64,000 nt of DNA from Bacillota bacterium (GCA_035477115.1 DATIKW010000039.1:19405-83404); one strand, 5' to 3'; counted from the stretch's first letter, positions 41,134 to 51,452 are shown. Program-made: numbers and translations. The notes: generated from the sequence alone by a model not told the origin.

Positions 41134-42318
41134 TCAGCCGCAGATCATGCTGTCGAGATCCCGCGGGTAGTAAGTGAGGAGTTCGATGCCCTCGCCGGTG
41201 ACCACCAGCGTGTCGGAGTGGCGGAACCCGCCCAGCCCCGGCACGTAGAGCCCGGGCTCCACGCTGAAGACCATCCCCGGCTCGATGATCGTGGCGTCGC
41301 CTATGTCGAAGAAAGGCGCCTCATGGCCCAGCATCCCCAGGGCGTGCCCCACATGATGCCGCCAGTTAGGCCACAAGTCATGGCGGTCGAAGAAGGACCG
41401 CACCGCCCGGTCCACCTCCGAGCAAGGAAGACCCGGCCGGATGCTGGCAAACGCCAGGTCCTGCATTTCGACCATGAGGTCGAAGAACCGCTGCTGCTGC
41501 GGATCGGGTTTGCCCACGAACATGGTGCGCTCGAGTTCGCTGTGGTAGCCCCAGACGGCGGCGCTGGCGCCGGTCACCAGGACGTCTCCCGGCCGCAAGC
41601 GGAGGTTGCGGGTGATGGCGTGAGGCAAGGCGGAGTTGGGACCGATCTGGCCCCGAAACCCGGCGAAGGCTCCTTCGCCGCCTCGGGGCTCAAAGCTCGA
41701 TCCGAGCGTGCGGATCATCGCCTGGGTGGCCTCCAGCGATGCGCGCATGGCGATCTCGTTCTCGCTGAGCCCGGGACGGGAGTATTCCTGAAGGAGGGCA
41801 TGGGCGAGGTTGCCCCAGCGGGCGCTCTCGCGGATCAGCCGGACTTCCTGGGGCGACTTGATCATCCGCAAGCGCTCGATCAGTTTCGGGAAGAGGCGCA
41901 ACTTCACCGAAGGCAGCACTTCCTCCAGACGCGGGCCCTCGTATCCCATGCCCGAACCATAGCCGGGAGCATCCGCCGCCAGGCTGTCGGACGCCAGTCC
42001 CAGCTCGCGCAGGAAGTCGGCCAGACCCCGCATGGGGTGATGCTCGCCCGGATACTCGGGATAGGTACGCACGTGATCCACTATGGCCGTCTCCTCCGCG
42101 TGCTCCTGGTCGAGCCTCGGGAGGTAGAGGCTGGCCCGACCTCGTTCCAGTACGAGGGCGGCGGGGCGTTCGGTGGGGATGAAGGCGAAAGCCGTGAGGT
42201 AGGCGATGGAGGTGCTGTTGAACAGCAGCATAGCCGCGACGCCTTCGCGCTCGAGGGCCGCGGTGACGCGGGCGCGCCGGTCAAGGTACTCCTCCCGGGA
42301 TATGGACAGGTCGGCCAT
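41134..42318 (-). CDS. M24-family Xaa-Pro aminopeptidase/dipeptidase
   Basis: Creatinase-like N-domain plus the pita-bread fold, with metal ligands (HHVGHALGMLGHEAP, FSVEPGLY). ATG behind AGGAGG. Confidence 0.85.
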   Translation of the reverse strand: MADLSISREEYLDRRARVTAALEREGVAAMLLFNSTSIAYLTAFAFIPTERPAALVLERGRASLYLPRLDQEHAEETAIVDHVRTYPEYPGEHHPMRGLADFLRELGLASDSLAADAPGYGSGMGYEGPRLEEVLPSVKLRLFPKLIERLRMIKSPQEVRLIRESARWGNLAHALLQEYSRPGLSENEIAMRASLEATQAMIRTLGSSFEPRGGEGAFAGFRGQIGPNSALPHAITRNLRLRPGDVLVTGASAAVWGYHSELERTMFVGKPDPQQQRFFDLMVEMQDLAFASIRPGLPCSEVDRAVRSFFDRHDLWPNWRHHVGHALGMLGHEAPFFDIGDATIIEPGMVFSVEPGLYVPGLGGFRHSDTLVVTGEGIELLTYYPRDLDSMICG

Positions 42319-42391
42319 GGCCGTCAGACCTCCTGGAAACCGCATGTTGGTGGTTCATTCTTCTCCGGGATGGGGCGCACCTGCCGCCGGA

Positions 42392-43069
42392 TTACCGGGC
42401 GCCGGATCGGGCATCCGGCACGTGGACATAGGCGACCCCGGGGGCGATCACGCAATACAGCAGCGGTTCTTCGGCCGATGACCCGAGCACCGGCCGGCGT
42501 TCCGCGGCTGCCAAGCGCAACAGGTCTTCGAGGTCGTCCACGTACACGCGAGGCTGGCGGTGCAGGGCGGTGGCGAGACCCCGGGCCCGCAGCAGGCGGC
42601 GGTGGAGGCGGGGATCAGGGCGGGGCGCTCGCGCCGATGGGGGGCGGCGATGGCGGCGCCTCTGGCGGAACCCCCATACGCCGAGGAGGCCGGCCGCGGC
42701 CGCGCCGGCCGCGCGAAGGGCGGTCGCGAGCCATGGTTGCCGCCATGCCTCGGGAAGCCGCTCGGCAAGGAGCCCGGCGTGCCCGATGAAAGGCGCCAGC
42801 CACGCCCATGCGCCGGCAACCGCGGCCAAGCCGACGAGCAGCGCGATGACCGCCGGTCGGACGTTCCCCTTCGCCGGTCGGCGCCGACCATCGGGACGGG
42901 CCGACGTGTTGCGTAACAGCGGGTTGGTCCGTGCCTGCCAGTCGCGTCTTGCCCTGCGCCGCTTGGTGCGGCAGGCGTCGGGAACGGGTATCGCTTTCGG
43001 CTCCGGCAGCATGCGCCGCCCCCTCGGCTCCGCCCAGTCGGATAGTAGCCGGGGAGTTCCCTGCGGCAA
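42392..43069 (-). CDS. hypothetical protein (two hydrophobic segments)
   Basis: Track ORF only. Arg-rich N-terminus, two TM-like stretches, and a non-repetitive C-terminal segment. The real start may be internal. Confidence 0.3.
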   Translation of the reverse strand: MPQGTPRLLSDWAEPRGRRMLPEPKAIPVPDACRTKRRRARRDWQARTNPLLRNTSARPDGRRRPAKGNVRPAVIALLVGLAAVAGAWAWLAPFIGHAGLLAERLPEAWRQPWLATALRAAGAAAAGLLGVWGFRQRRRHRRPPSARAPRPDPRLHRRLLRARGLATALHRQPRVYVDDLEDLLRLAAAERRPVLGSSAEEPLLYCVIAPGVAYVHVPDARSGAR

Positions 43070-43159
43070 GACGCTTGCCCTGCGAGACCGGCTGTCGAAC
43101 GTACGACAGGTAACGACGGTCTCCGACTGTCCAGGCAGGCCGCCATGACCGGGGCCGAA

Positions 43160-44134
43160 TCAGCGGTGCAGTTCTACCACGTCGCCGTCGTGGAGCACGT
43201 GATCCCGTTGCACCATCTGTCCGTCGAAGGTCCCCTTGCCCCATACTCGGGCGAACTTGAGGCTCGAGGCGAAGTCTTTGTGGACGGCGGCGGCCGCCTC
43301 GACCAGCGTCGTCCCGTTGGGGAGGACGAAGGGTGCGTTGAGGTCGGGTCGCTTGCCGGGGGCGCGGGTGTAGATGCGAATGACCCCCAGTGCGTCGAAC
43401 AATTGCCGCTGGAGGACGGGGAGGTTGTCCCCCCGGGTCGTCGAAATGGCCACGGCCGGGAGGTCGGGCCCCAGGATCTCGGGGAGCAACGGCAGATTAT
43501 CAGCCACGCCGGGTATGTCGGCGCGCGTACCGGCGATGACGGCGCGGGCCAGGCTTACCTTGCCCTCGGCCAGCAGAGTCTTCAGGTCCTCGGCCTGCTC
43601 CACGAGGGCCGGGTCACTTAGATCGAAGACGAGCAGGATCGCATCCGCCCCCCGGATCAGGCTGAAGATCCACGGGGGAGTCAAGCCCGGGGCCAGCGGC
43701 GGCATATCCACGAGTTGGATCTGGAGGTTCTCGTAGGGCATCATCCCCGGCAGCGGCTCGCGGGTCGAGAAGGGGTAGTCCGCCACCACCGGCCGGGCAT
43801 TGGTCACGGCGGCGACCAGGGAGGACTTGCCGCTGTTGGGGGGACCCACCAGGACCACCTGGCCCGCCCCCTCGCGCGGCACGTGATGCCCTGCCCGTTG
43901 CCGGGCGGTGGCCGGCCGCCGGGCAGCTTCCGCCTTGAGCTTGGCGATGCGGCGCTTGATGTCGGCCTGCATCTTCTCCGTGCCTTTGTGCTTGGGGATG
44001 GACCGCAGCATCGCCTCCAGGGCGGCGAGCTTCTCCTCGCCGGTCTGGGCCGACCGGAAACGCTCTTCTGCCTCACGAAACTCCGGCGTAAGGTTGGCCG
44101 GCACCCGTTGTTCCCCCCGGTCTCGCTGCGTCAC
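43160..44134 (-). CDS. OBG/HflX-like (DRG-type) GTPase with C-terminal TGS domain
   Basis: G1 motif GPPNSGKSS, G3 motif DMPPL, and a C-terminal TGS domain (...IRIYTRAPGKRPD...GDVVEL). Confidence 0.75.
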   Translation of the reverse strand: MTQRDRGEQRVPANLTPEFREAEERFRSAQTGEEKLAALEAMLRSIPKHKGTEKMQADIKRRIAKLKAEAARRPATARQRAGHHVPREGAGQVVLVGPPNSGKSSLVAAVTNARPVVADYPFSTREPLPGMMPYENLQIQLVDMPPLAPGLTPPWIFSLIRGADAILLVFDLSDPALVEQAEDLKTLLAEGKVSLARAVIAGTRADIPGVADNLPLLPEILGPDLPAVAISTTRGDNLPVLQRQLFDALGVIRIYTRAPGKRPDLNAPFVLPNGTTLVEAAAAVHKDFASSLKFARVWGKGTFDGQMVQRDHVLHDGDVVELHR

Positions 44135-44352
44135 CGCCGCGCCCTGCCCGCGAGATGCTGCTGATGCCTACCTGTCCCCGCCGGCCTGCGCCAGTCGGCG
44201 ATTCGGCGGCACGCCGGCGAGTTCCTTCCCCAGCCGCCGACACGGCTGCCGTCCCCGGCGTCGGATGGTCCCGAGTTCCTGGAAGCAGGGAACAGGGGAC
44301 GGCTGCCGAAACAAGCCATTCCAGATCATTTCTGACCGGAGGAACCGCCTAC

Positions 44353-45486
44353 TTGCGAGACGTCCGGATCCTGCATACGGCCGATGTTCACCTGGACTAC
44401 CTGTTCTCCGACCTTCCCTACGACCAGCGAGGGATCCGGAGACGCGAGGTGTTCGCCGGTCTTCGCCGCGTTGTCGAGTTAGCCCGCGAGTACCGGGTGG
44501 ATGCTCTGCTGATCGCCGGCGACCTATTTGACCCCGAACAGCTTTCCCGGGAGACACTCGCCCAGACCGCTGCCTTGTTCCGGTCCCTGACCGCCGACGG
44601 CATCGCTACCTTGATCGTGCCCGGCAATCACGATACGGTTGATGGTCCGGGCAGCCCGTACGCGGAAGGCGTCTTCCCGCCGCGCGTCCACATCTTCCGG
44701 GGGCAGGACTTCACCGCGTGCCGGGTGGTTGAGGGACTCACCGTCTGGGGCATGCCCTTCACGGCAGCCGCCCGGCGTCAAAGATCGCTGCGCGGTTTCG
44801 CCGAACGCTTTCCCTTGGACCCGGGGGAAGGTTTCCGGGTGGTGGCCCATCACGGAGCCTTCACCGGCTTCTCCTTGCCCGAGGGCGACTACGCGCCCGT
44901 GGCCCCGCAGGACCTCCTTGATACCGGCGCGCACTACGTGGCGCTGGGCCACCATCACAACCCGCGGGACTGCTCCGGGCCCGCCGGTGTACCCGCCTGG
45001 TATCCGGGAACGCCCACCCGGCTGGATTGGACCAACTTGCCCGACCGCCAGGTGCTCCTGGTGCGGTTCCGGCCCGGCGCCCGGGCAGCGGAAGTGCAGC
45101 CGCTGCCGATCGACGATCGCCCGTTGTCCCTGGTGGAGTTCAGCCCCGGCGAAAAACCGCTCGAGGAGTTGTTCTCCTACCTGGAAGCCCTGGCCGATCC
45201 CCGCGCGCTGGTGCGCGTCGTGCTGGAAGGTGCGGTCGACGGCGCCAGCCTGGTCAACGCGCGCCGCCTGGAAGAGGCTCTGCGCGGCCGGTTCTTCCAC
45301 TTGCGCGTACTGGACCGTACCCGCGTCGCCGATTCCCGGCAGCCCGGGTCCACCATCGCCTCGCTCTTCCTGGCACGGTTGCAGCAGCACCTGGAGGATC
45401 CGGCCGGGGAGGTAAAGGATGGCGAACTCGTGGACCTGGCCAGGAAGTACGGCCTGGCAGCCCTGCAAGGTGAGGACCTGCGCTGA
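44353..45486 (+). CDS. sbcD: SbcD/Mre11-like DNA-repair exonuclease (YhaO-like metallophosphoesterase)
   Basis: ILHTADVHLD, AGDLFD, GNHD, HHGAF and LGHHH phosphoesterase motifs. Start trimmed to the TTG at 44353, 9 nt after GGAGG. Confidence 0.8.
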   Translation: MRDVRILHTADVHLDYLFSDLPYDQRGIRRREVFAGLRRVVELAREYRVDALLIAGDLFDPEQLSRETLAQTAALFRSLTADGIATLIVPGNHDTVDGPGSPYAEGVFPPRVHIFRGQDFTACRVVEGLTVWGMPFTAAARRQRSLRGFAERFPLDPGEGFRVVAHHGAFTGFSLPEGDYAPVAPQDLLDTGAHYVALGHHHNPRDCSGPAGVPAWYPGTPTRLDWTNLPDRQVLLVRFRPGARAAEVQPLPIDDRPLSLVEFSPGEKPLEELFSYLEALADPRALVRVVLEGAVDGASLVNARRLEEALRGRFFHLRVLDRTRVADSRQPGSTIASLFLARLQQHLEDPAGEVKDGELVDLARKYGLAALQGEDLR

Positions 45487-45487
45487 A

Positions 45488-47995
45488 GTGAGAATCGTGC
45501 GGCTGGAATCGCATGGTTTCGGCAGACTGGTGAACCTGGCGATCGCTTTCGAACCGGGTCTGAATGTAGTCCTGGGGCTAAACGAGGCGGGCAAGTCCAC
45601 CCTGGTGGACGCCATCCTGGCGGGCCTCTATGGGCTGAAGGGCCGATCCGGGTCCGTGCGCGAACTGCGGGACCTCAAGGCCCCCTGGTCCGCCGGCGCC
45701 CCTTACGCGATCGCCTTGACCATGACCGACCGGCGAGGTCAGGAACTCCTGGTCCACCGCAATTTCCGGGATGGCGAGGTCCAGGTCTGGCGGCGTACGG
45801 CCGCGGGCATCCTGCCGGCGGAGGAAGCCGCCATCGGCTCGGTCCTCGGGTCGATGGGAGCCGCCTCGTTCTCGCTGTTCACCTCCACTTTCCTGGTACG
45901 CCAGACGGAGGTAGCGGCGCTCGACCGCAAGTCGCTGGGCCAAGCGCTGGTCGAGAAGCTCACCGATGGCGAATCGGAGGTGAGCGCGCGCGAGGCGATC
46001 CGCGGCTTGGATCGGCGTCGCGAGGAGTTGGTGCGCGGCGGCGACCGGCAGCCGGGGTTGCTCGCCCAAGCGGGGGAGCGCCTTCGGCGCTACCAGGAGA
46101 TCCGGGAGAGGACCCGGCACAAGGCCGACCAGTATCATGAGGCCCGGGCGGAAACTCGCTCCCTGCAGGACCGGAGAGAGGCGGCGCTGGCCGAGTACGA
46201 AGGACTGCGGCCGATGGTTGACGGCTACCTGCAATTGGATGCGGCCGACGAAGAACTCAAGCGAAAAGGGGAGGAGCTGCGGAGGGCCGTCTCCCGCCGG
46301 GAGGAAGGCGAAGGACTGAGCCGGCGCCTTGGGGAAGTCGAGGCCGAGCTGGCGGAGATGATCGCGGCCACCCGGTATGATTCCTGGCGGGAGCGCACCG
46401 GGGATACCCTGGAAGGGCTGGAGCAGGCGGTGGACGGGCTGACCCGCCAGTGTCAGGCGACCCGCCAGGCGGAACTGCGGAAACAAGAGGAACTCAGGGA
46501 ACTCGTCGCCCAACTGGAAACGGCGGCCGATGAGGTAAGGCGACTCGACCCGTCCGGGCTGGGCCGAGCGGGATGGGAACGGCTCGAGGAACTGGCCCGG
46601 GAGCGGGAGGAGCACCTCGAGAAGGCGGGCGAGCGACAGGCGCAGTCGGACGGCCTCGCCCCGCGTGCCCGACTGTCCCAGTGGTGTTTCGGAGGAATGC
46701 TGATCGCCCTCGCCGTCACTGCCGGCTTGCTCACCGCATGGTTGCGGCAGTGGACCCCGGGGCTCTGGGCGGCCGCGGGTACGGCCGTGCTGTGCGGCCT
46801 GTTACTCGGGGCATACCTCCGGACCATGGGCGAGATTCGCCATCGCGACCTGCTGGCTTCCGAGGCCGCCCAGTTGCGGCGTAAGGCCGAGGAACTAGAG
46901 CGCCGGCTGGTCGTCGTCACCGGCGATGGGACCGCGGAGCAAGTTCGAGAACGAGTCCGCCAACTGGCCTCGGTCGAGGGACGATTGGCCCAACTCGAGC
47001 GTTCGCGCGAGGCAATCGGGCTCGCGATGGAGATGTCGGGGAGAGAAGCGCTGGAAGCGGCGGCAGGCGATCGGCAGCGCCAACTCGGCGAACTCCTGGC
47101 CGAGTTGGGCGTCGAAGGCCCGGAAGGAGCCCGGTCGCTGCTCGAACGGTATCGCAGGCTCCTGGACTCGCGGAAGCTCTTGCGCGCGGAGTTGACCGGC
47201 CACCTCGGCTCGGAGCGGCTGGAGGATCTCCGAAGCCGGACCGACCGCCTGGCGGCGGAAATGGCTGCGCTCCAGGCTCGTCGCGATCTGATCGCCAGGG
47301 ACCTCCGCATCACCCTGAAGCCTCATGAGTTTCTTCAGTATAGAGACCGGTTGGACCACCTGGAGAGCGAACTGGCGCAAGGCGAGACAGCTCTGACCCG
47401 GCTCGATGAACGGACGAAGGGCCTGGAGGCCGACCTGGCGGAGGGCGATCCCTGGCAGTTGGCGGCGCACATCGACGCGGAGACGCAGTTGATCGCGAGG
47501 CTGGAGAGGGAGGCCCTGGCACTGGGACTGGCCAAGAAGTGTCTGGAAGGGGCGACGGAAGAAGCGCAGCGCATGGTGGCGCCGGCCCTTCAGGAACGGG
47601 CGGGGGAGTTGTTGGCGGGCTTCACCGGGGGCCGCTATCACACGGTCGCCATCGAAGTCGAGGACGGCGAGCTTCAGGTGCAGGTCCGTTCACCGGATAC
47701 CGGCGGACTGGTCCCCGACCGGGCTTTGAGCGCCGGCGCCCGGGACCAACTCTATCTGGCCTTGCGAGTCGCACTGGCCGAGCACCTGGCAGGCACATCG
47801 AGCTTCCCCCTGATCCTCGATGATCCCACGGCGCACTACGATCGGGAGCGCCTGGCGGCGACCGCCTCGGCCATCGTCGAACTCGCCCGCCGGCACCAGG
47901 TCATCTGGGTAACGCGGGACTTGTCACTCCCCGAGCGCTTGCCCTCGGCGAACCTGATGTACCTCAAGGAAGGGGCGATCCAGGCTTGGTCGTGA
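45488..47995 (+). CDS. SbcC/YhaN-like AAA ATPase with long coiled coil and a central pair of TM helices
   Basis: N-terminal Walker A (GLNEAGKST), extensive coiled coil, two hydrophobic helices (GMLIALAVTAGLLTAWL, AAAGTAVLCGLLLGAYL), and a C-terminal signature/D-loop region (SAGARDQLYLALRVAL...LILDDP). GTG start 2 nt after the sbcD stop. Confidence 0.75.
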   Translation: MRIVRLESHGFGRLVNLAIAFEPGLNVVLGLNEAGKSTLVDAILAGLYGLKGRSGSVRELRDLKAPWSAGAPYAIALTMTDRRGQELLVHRNFRDGEVQVWRRTAAGILPAEEAAIGSVLGSMGAASFSLFTSTFLVRQTEVAALDRKSLGQALVEKLTDGESEVSAREAIRGLDRRREELVRGGDRQPGLLAQAGERLRRYQEIRERTRHKADQYHEARAETRSLQDRREAALAEYEGLRPMVDGYLQLDAADEELKRKGEELRRAVSRREEGEGLSRRLGEVEAELAEMIAATRYDSWRERTGDTLEGLEQAVDGLTRQCQATRQAELRKQEELRELVAQLETAADEVRRLDPSGLGRAGWERLEELAREREEHLEKAGERQAQSDGLAPRARLSQWCFGGMLIALAVTAGLLTAWLRQWTPGLWAAAGTAVLCGLLLGAYLRTMGEIRHRDLLASEAAQLRRKAEELERRLVVVTGDGTAEQVRERVRQLASVEGRLAQLERSREAIGLAMEMSGREALEAAAGDRQRQLGELLAELGVEGPEGARSLLERYRRLLDSRKLLRAELTGHLGSERLEDLRSRTDRLAAEMAALQARRDLIARDLRITLKPHEFLQYRDRLDHLESELAQGETALTRLDERTKGLEADLAEGDPWQLAAHIDAETQLIARLEREALALGLAKKCLEGATEEAQRMVAPALQERAGELLAGFTGGRYHTVAIEVEDGELQVQVRSPDTGGLVPDRALSAGARDQLYLALRVALAEHLAGTSSFPLILDDPTAHYDRERLAATASAIVELARRHQVIWVTRDLSLPERLPSANLMYLKEGAIQAWS

Positions 47996-48660
47996 AGCTC
48001 AAGTGGTTCGGGCACGCCATGTTCGGCGTGGAGTCACCCCGAGGTATCCGGGTGGTGACCGATCCCTACCCCCGCGGCATGGGGTACGGGCGGGCGGGGG
48101 CGGAAGCGGAAGTGGTAACCATCAGCCACGAGCACTTTGACCACAACGCGGCGGACGAGGTCGGGGGGGAACCCGTGGTCCTGCGTGGCCTGGGCGGGAG
48201 CGGCCAGTGGGTCCGGCACGACCGCACCCTGTCCGACGTGCAGATCACGGCCATCGGCGGGACCTACCACGATGACCGGCAAGGGACGATCCGGGGACTC
48301 AATTGCCTGTGGCGGATCGAGACGGACGGCATCCGCATCCTGCATCTGGGCGACCTCGGGCATGTCCCCGCGCCCGCAGTCGCGGCGGCCGCCGGTCGGG
48401 TGGACGTGCTGCTGGTCCCGGTGGGCGGCGTGTACACCATCGATGCCGGGACGGCCGACCGGGTGGCGGATGCCTTCAAGCCCCGGGTCGTCATCCCCAT
48501 GCACTACCGGACGGACGCGGTGAAGGACTGGCCGATTGCCCCGGTGGACGATTTCCTCAGAGGTAAGTCCGGTCTGAGGCAACTCCCCGAGCGCGAAGTG
48601 GCCGTTGACCCCGAGCGACTGCCCGCTGGGCGCGAGCTATGGCTTTTCCCTTACGGCTGA
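47986..48660 (+). CDS. MBL-fold metallo-hydrolase (UPF0173-like)
   Basis: LKWFGHAMF...ISHEHFDHN...HLGDLGH motifs. Alternative start codon; overlaps the preceding gene's end by 10 bp. Confidence 0.75.
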   Translation: MVVKLKWFGHAMFGVESPRGIRVVTDPYPRGMGYGRAGAEAEVVTISHEHFDHNAADEVGGEPVVLRGLGGSGQWVRHDRTLSDVQITAIGGTYHDDRQGTIRGLNCLWRIETDGIRILHLGDLGHVPAPAVAAAAGRVDVLLVPVGGVYTIDAGTADRVADAFKPRVVIPMHYRTDAVKDWPIAPVDDFLRGKSGLRQLPEREVAVDPERLPAGRELWLFPYG

Positions 48661-48664
48661 TGGT

Positions 48665-49837
48665 TCAGAACAGGGTCGCTTCTTCGATCAGTTGCCCGGC
48701 GGCGAAGCGCTCGAAGCCATAAGGACTTGCGTCCAGCTCCCGGTAGCCGCCGTGGTGGATCAGGTCGGCCAGCGCCCGCCCGGCAGCCGGGGCCTGCATC
48801 ATGCCGTGACCGGAGAAAGCACCGATCAAGTAGAACCCGTCAAGGTCGGGATGGGCACCGATGATGGCGTTGTGGTCGTGATGGTTGACCTCATACAGCC
48901 CCGCCCACAGGCGATCGAGGGACAGCCGGTCAAGCAGCGGCATCCGCTCGGCCAGCACCGGCCACACCTCATCGAGGAAGTAGTTGCGGTCGGTCTGGAA
49001 GTCGAAGCCGGGCGCGGCCGACTTGTCGGACTTGCCCACCAGGATACGCTTTCCCGCCTCGCTGCGGAAGTATAGCCCGCTCGGGTCGACGATCATGGGG
49101 AGCGGGTAGTCGAGTTCCCCGGGGACAATACAGGTGAAAAGCTGGCGGCGCAGCGGCTGTACCGGCACCTCCACCCCCGCCATGCCCCCGATCTCGCCCG
49201 CCCACGGGCCCGCGGCATTGACGATCACCGGCGCGTGGACCTCGCGGGAGGCGGCAGTCCGCACCCCGGTCGCCTTGCTGCCCGACCGCAGTATCTGCAC
49301 CACCTCCTCGTGCAGGTACTGAACTCCCAGCGACTTGGCCTTCGCCTCGTAGGCGGCCATCACCGCGTAGGGATCGAGGTAGCCGTCCCGGGAGCAGTAA
49401 CTCGCGCCGGCGATCCCCTGCAGATCGAGGTGAGGCACGCGCTCGAGGATGGCTTCGGGTGGCAGGAACGAGACCTCCACCCCGAGCGACTGCTGGAGGC
49501 ACATGCGCTCGCGCAGGGCCGGCAGTGCTTCCTCGGTGACGAGTACGAGGTAACCGCGCTGCCGGAACTCGATGTCCGGCTGGTGTCCGCGGACTTCCAT
49601 GGCCGCGCCGAACTGCTCGTACCGGCGGATGCTGTACGAACTGAAGCGGATATTCGCCGGATGGCCGAACTGGTGGCGAACCCCTCCGGCGCTCAGCCCG
49701 GTCGAGCCATACTGATGCACGGGGTCGCGCTCGAACACCACGATCTGGCCGGTGAATCCCGAAGCGGCCAGACTGTATGCGGTAGCCGAACCCATCACGC
49801 CGCCGCCGATGATCACGACATCGCGAACCAAAGCCAT
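48665..49837 (-). CDS. FAD-dependent oxidoreductase (DAO family: glycine/sarcosine/D-amino-acid oxidase-like)
   Basis: VVIIGGGVMGSATAYSLA dinucleotide-binding motif and a C-terminal AFSGHGMMQAPAAG segment. Confidence 0.8.
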   Translation of the reverse strand: MALVRDVVIIGGGVMGSATAYSLAASGFTGQIVVFERDPVHQYGSTGLSAGGVRHQFGHPANIRFSSYSIRRYEQFGAAMEVRGHQPDIEFRQRGYLVLVTEEALPALRERMCLQQSLGVEVSFLPPEAILERVPHLDLQGIAGASYCSRDGYLDPYAVMAAYEAKAKSLGVQYLHEEVVQILRSGSKATGVRTAASREVHAPVIVNAAGPWAGEIGGMAGVEVPVQPLRRQLFTCIVPGELDYPLPMIVDPSGLYFRSEAGKRILVGKSDKSAAPGFDFQTDRNYFLDEVWPVLAERMPLLDRLSLDRLWAGLYEVNHHDHNAIIGAHPDLDGFYLIGAFSGHGMMQAPAAGRALADLIHHGGYRELDASPYGFERFAAGQLIEEATLF

Positions 49838-49872
49838 TTTCGCCTACCCCCACCGGTGGAACATGCTGACGG

Positions 49873-50799
49873 TCAAGAAGGGCGGGGTAACAGCCCCGCC
49901 TCCTCGACGATGCGCGGGACCATCTCCTCCCACATGATGGCCATGATGTGCACGCCGGCGACGCCGGGGATCCGCCGCAGTTCCTGGATGGCTTCCACGG
50001 CGATCTTCACCCCTTCCTCCGGCTGTTTCTTCCGCTCGACCCCTTTCATTCGGGCCAGCAGGGGTTCCGGCACGACCATGCCCGGGACGGTGCTCATGTG
50101 GCGGAGGGCGCCGAAGGACTTGGCGGGGCAGATGCCTCCCAGGATGTAAGTCTTCCGGTCGAGGCCCGCCTCGCGGACCATCTCCATCCACCGGGCGAAC
50201 CGCGGCAGGTCGAAGATGGCCTGGGTCTGGATGAAGCGGGCTCCCGCCGCCACCTTCTTGGCCAGCCGGCGAACGCGGAAAGCGAACGGCTCGGCGAACG
50301 GGTTCTCCGCCGCCCCCACGAAGAAACGAGGCCGGTGCTCGGCGGCGATGGCCTCCCCGTTCTGAAAGACCCCGGGATCCCCGAGGTCCCGAGCCATCTT
50401 CACGAGCTGCACCGAATCCAGGTCAAAGACGTTACGGGCCGCCGCGTGATTGCCGAAGGACTGATGGTCGCCGGTGAGGCACAGGAGATTGCGGGCGCCC
50501 AGGCTGTATGCTCCGAGGAGGTCGCTCTGCATGGCGATCCGGTTGCGGTCGCGGCAAGTCATCTGGATGATCGGCTCGCCCCCGGCCGCCAGGACATGGA
50601 CGGCGGCGGCGATGCTGGACAGGCGGACGATGGCCGTCTGGTTGTCGGTGAGGTTCTGCCCGTCGGTCACGCCCTTGAGCAATGCGGTGTGATGGCGGAT
50701 GCCCTCGGCCTCCGCTCCCTGGGGCGGCCCCACTTCCCCGGTGACGGCGAAGTGTCCCTGCTCCAGCAGACGCTCCAGCCTGCTCCGCTCGGCGCTCAT
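49873..50799 (-). CDS. metF: 5,10-methylenetetrahydrofolate reductase, acetogen-type catalytic subunit
   Basis: MSAERSRLERLLEQGHFAVTGEVGPP...TCRDRNRIAMQSDLLGA..., an MTHFR TIM-barrel. Start trimmed to the ATG at 50799 behind GGGAGGA; overlaps the metV stop. Confidence 0.85.
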   Translation of the reverse strand: MSAERSRLERLLEQGHFAVTGEVGPPQGAEAEGIRHHTALLKGVTDGQNLTDNQTAIVRLSSIAAAVHVLAAGGEPIIQMTCRDRNRIAMQSDLLGAYSLGARNLLCLTGDHQSFGNHAAARNVFDLDSVQLVKMARDLGDPGVFQNGEAIAAEHRPRFFVGAAENPFAEPFAFRVRRLAKKVAAGARFIQTQAIFDLPRFARWMEMVREAGLDRKTYILGGICPAKSFGALRHMSTVPGMVVPEPLLARMKGVERKKQPEEGVKIAVEAIQELRRIPGVAGVHIMAIMWEEMVPRIVEEAGLLPRPS

Positions 50800-51452
50800 A
50801 GGGCGACGTCCTCCCTGACCAGCTTGCGCGGGCCGCCGTCCCTGGCCCGGGACCAGTCCTTGGCCGGCAGCACCACGTCGAGGAGATCGAGGCGGCCGAG
50901 TCCCTCCAGTCGATCGTGTATCTTCTGCCAGGCGCACTCGATCGCCTCGTCAATCTCGCATTTGCCTTGCTGGGAGCCGCCGCAAGGCCCATTGAGCAGG
51001 CTCTTGGAACAACGGATGATCGGGCAGATCCCCCCGGTCAAGTGGAGCACGCAGTCGCCGCAGAAACCGCACCGCTCCTCCCACACGCCGGGCTGGCGGG
51101 CGCCGCCGCCGAAGCGGGTGTCCACCGCCGGGAACACCCAGGTGTGCGGGTAGCGTTCGGCCAGGAACTGCGCCCCCACGCCGCAGGCCATCGATATCAG
51201 ACAGTCGGCTTCCCCGGCCAGGGCGTCCAGGGCTTCCAGGAACTCCCCGTCGCACTGCCGGGTCAGCACGATGGTGCCCAGCTCGAGGTCGGGGCGTGCC
51301 AGGAGGAGGAGATCCCGCAGCAAAGCGACTTCCTTCTCACCGCCGGCATGGCAGACGGTGACGCATTCCGAGCAGCCGGCGATCACCGCCCGGCGGCGCC
51401 CCGCCAGGTTCTCCAGGATGGCGGGCAGGGGTTTGCGCTCGCAGACGATCAA
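50796..51452 (-). CDS. metV: MetV (zinc-ribbon/Cys-rich MTHFR-associated subunit)
   Basis: Cys-rich 218-aa protein (CSECVTVCHAGG...CGFCGDCVLHLTGGICPIIRCSKSLLNGPCGG...). Sits immediately upstream of metF, as in the Moorella hdr-mvhD-metVF cluster. Confidence 0.75.
   Translation of the reverse strand: MIVCERKPLPAILENLAGRRRAVIAGCSECVTVCHAGGEKEVALLRDLLLLARPDLELGTIVLTRQCDGEFLEALDALAGEADCLISMACGVGAQFLAERYPHTWVFPAVDTRFGGGARQPGVWEERCGFCGDCVLHLTGGICPIIRCSKSLLNGPCGGSQQGKCEIDEAIECAWQKIHDRLEGLGRLDLLDVVLPAKDWSRARDGGPRKLVREDVAL

Noticed and set aside
42570-43148. 192-aa plus-strand ORF opposite the hypothetical gene 42392..43069
   Set aside because: Arg/Ala-rich low-complexity translation, antisense to a more plausible (though still weak) minus-strand ORF.
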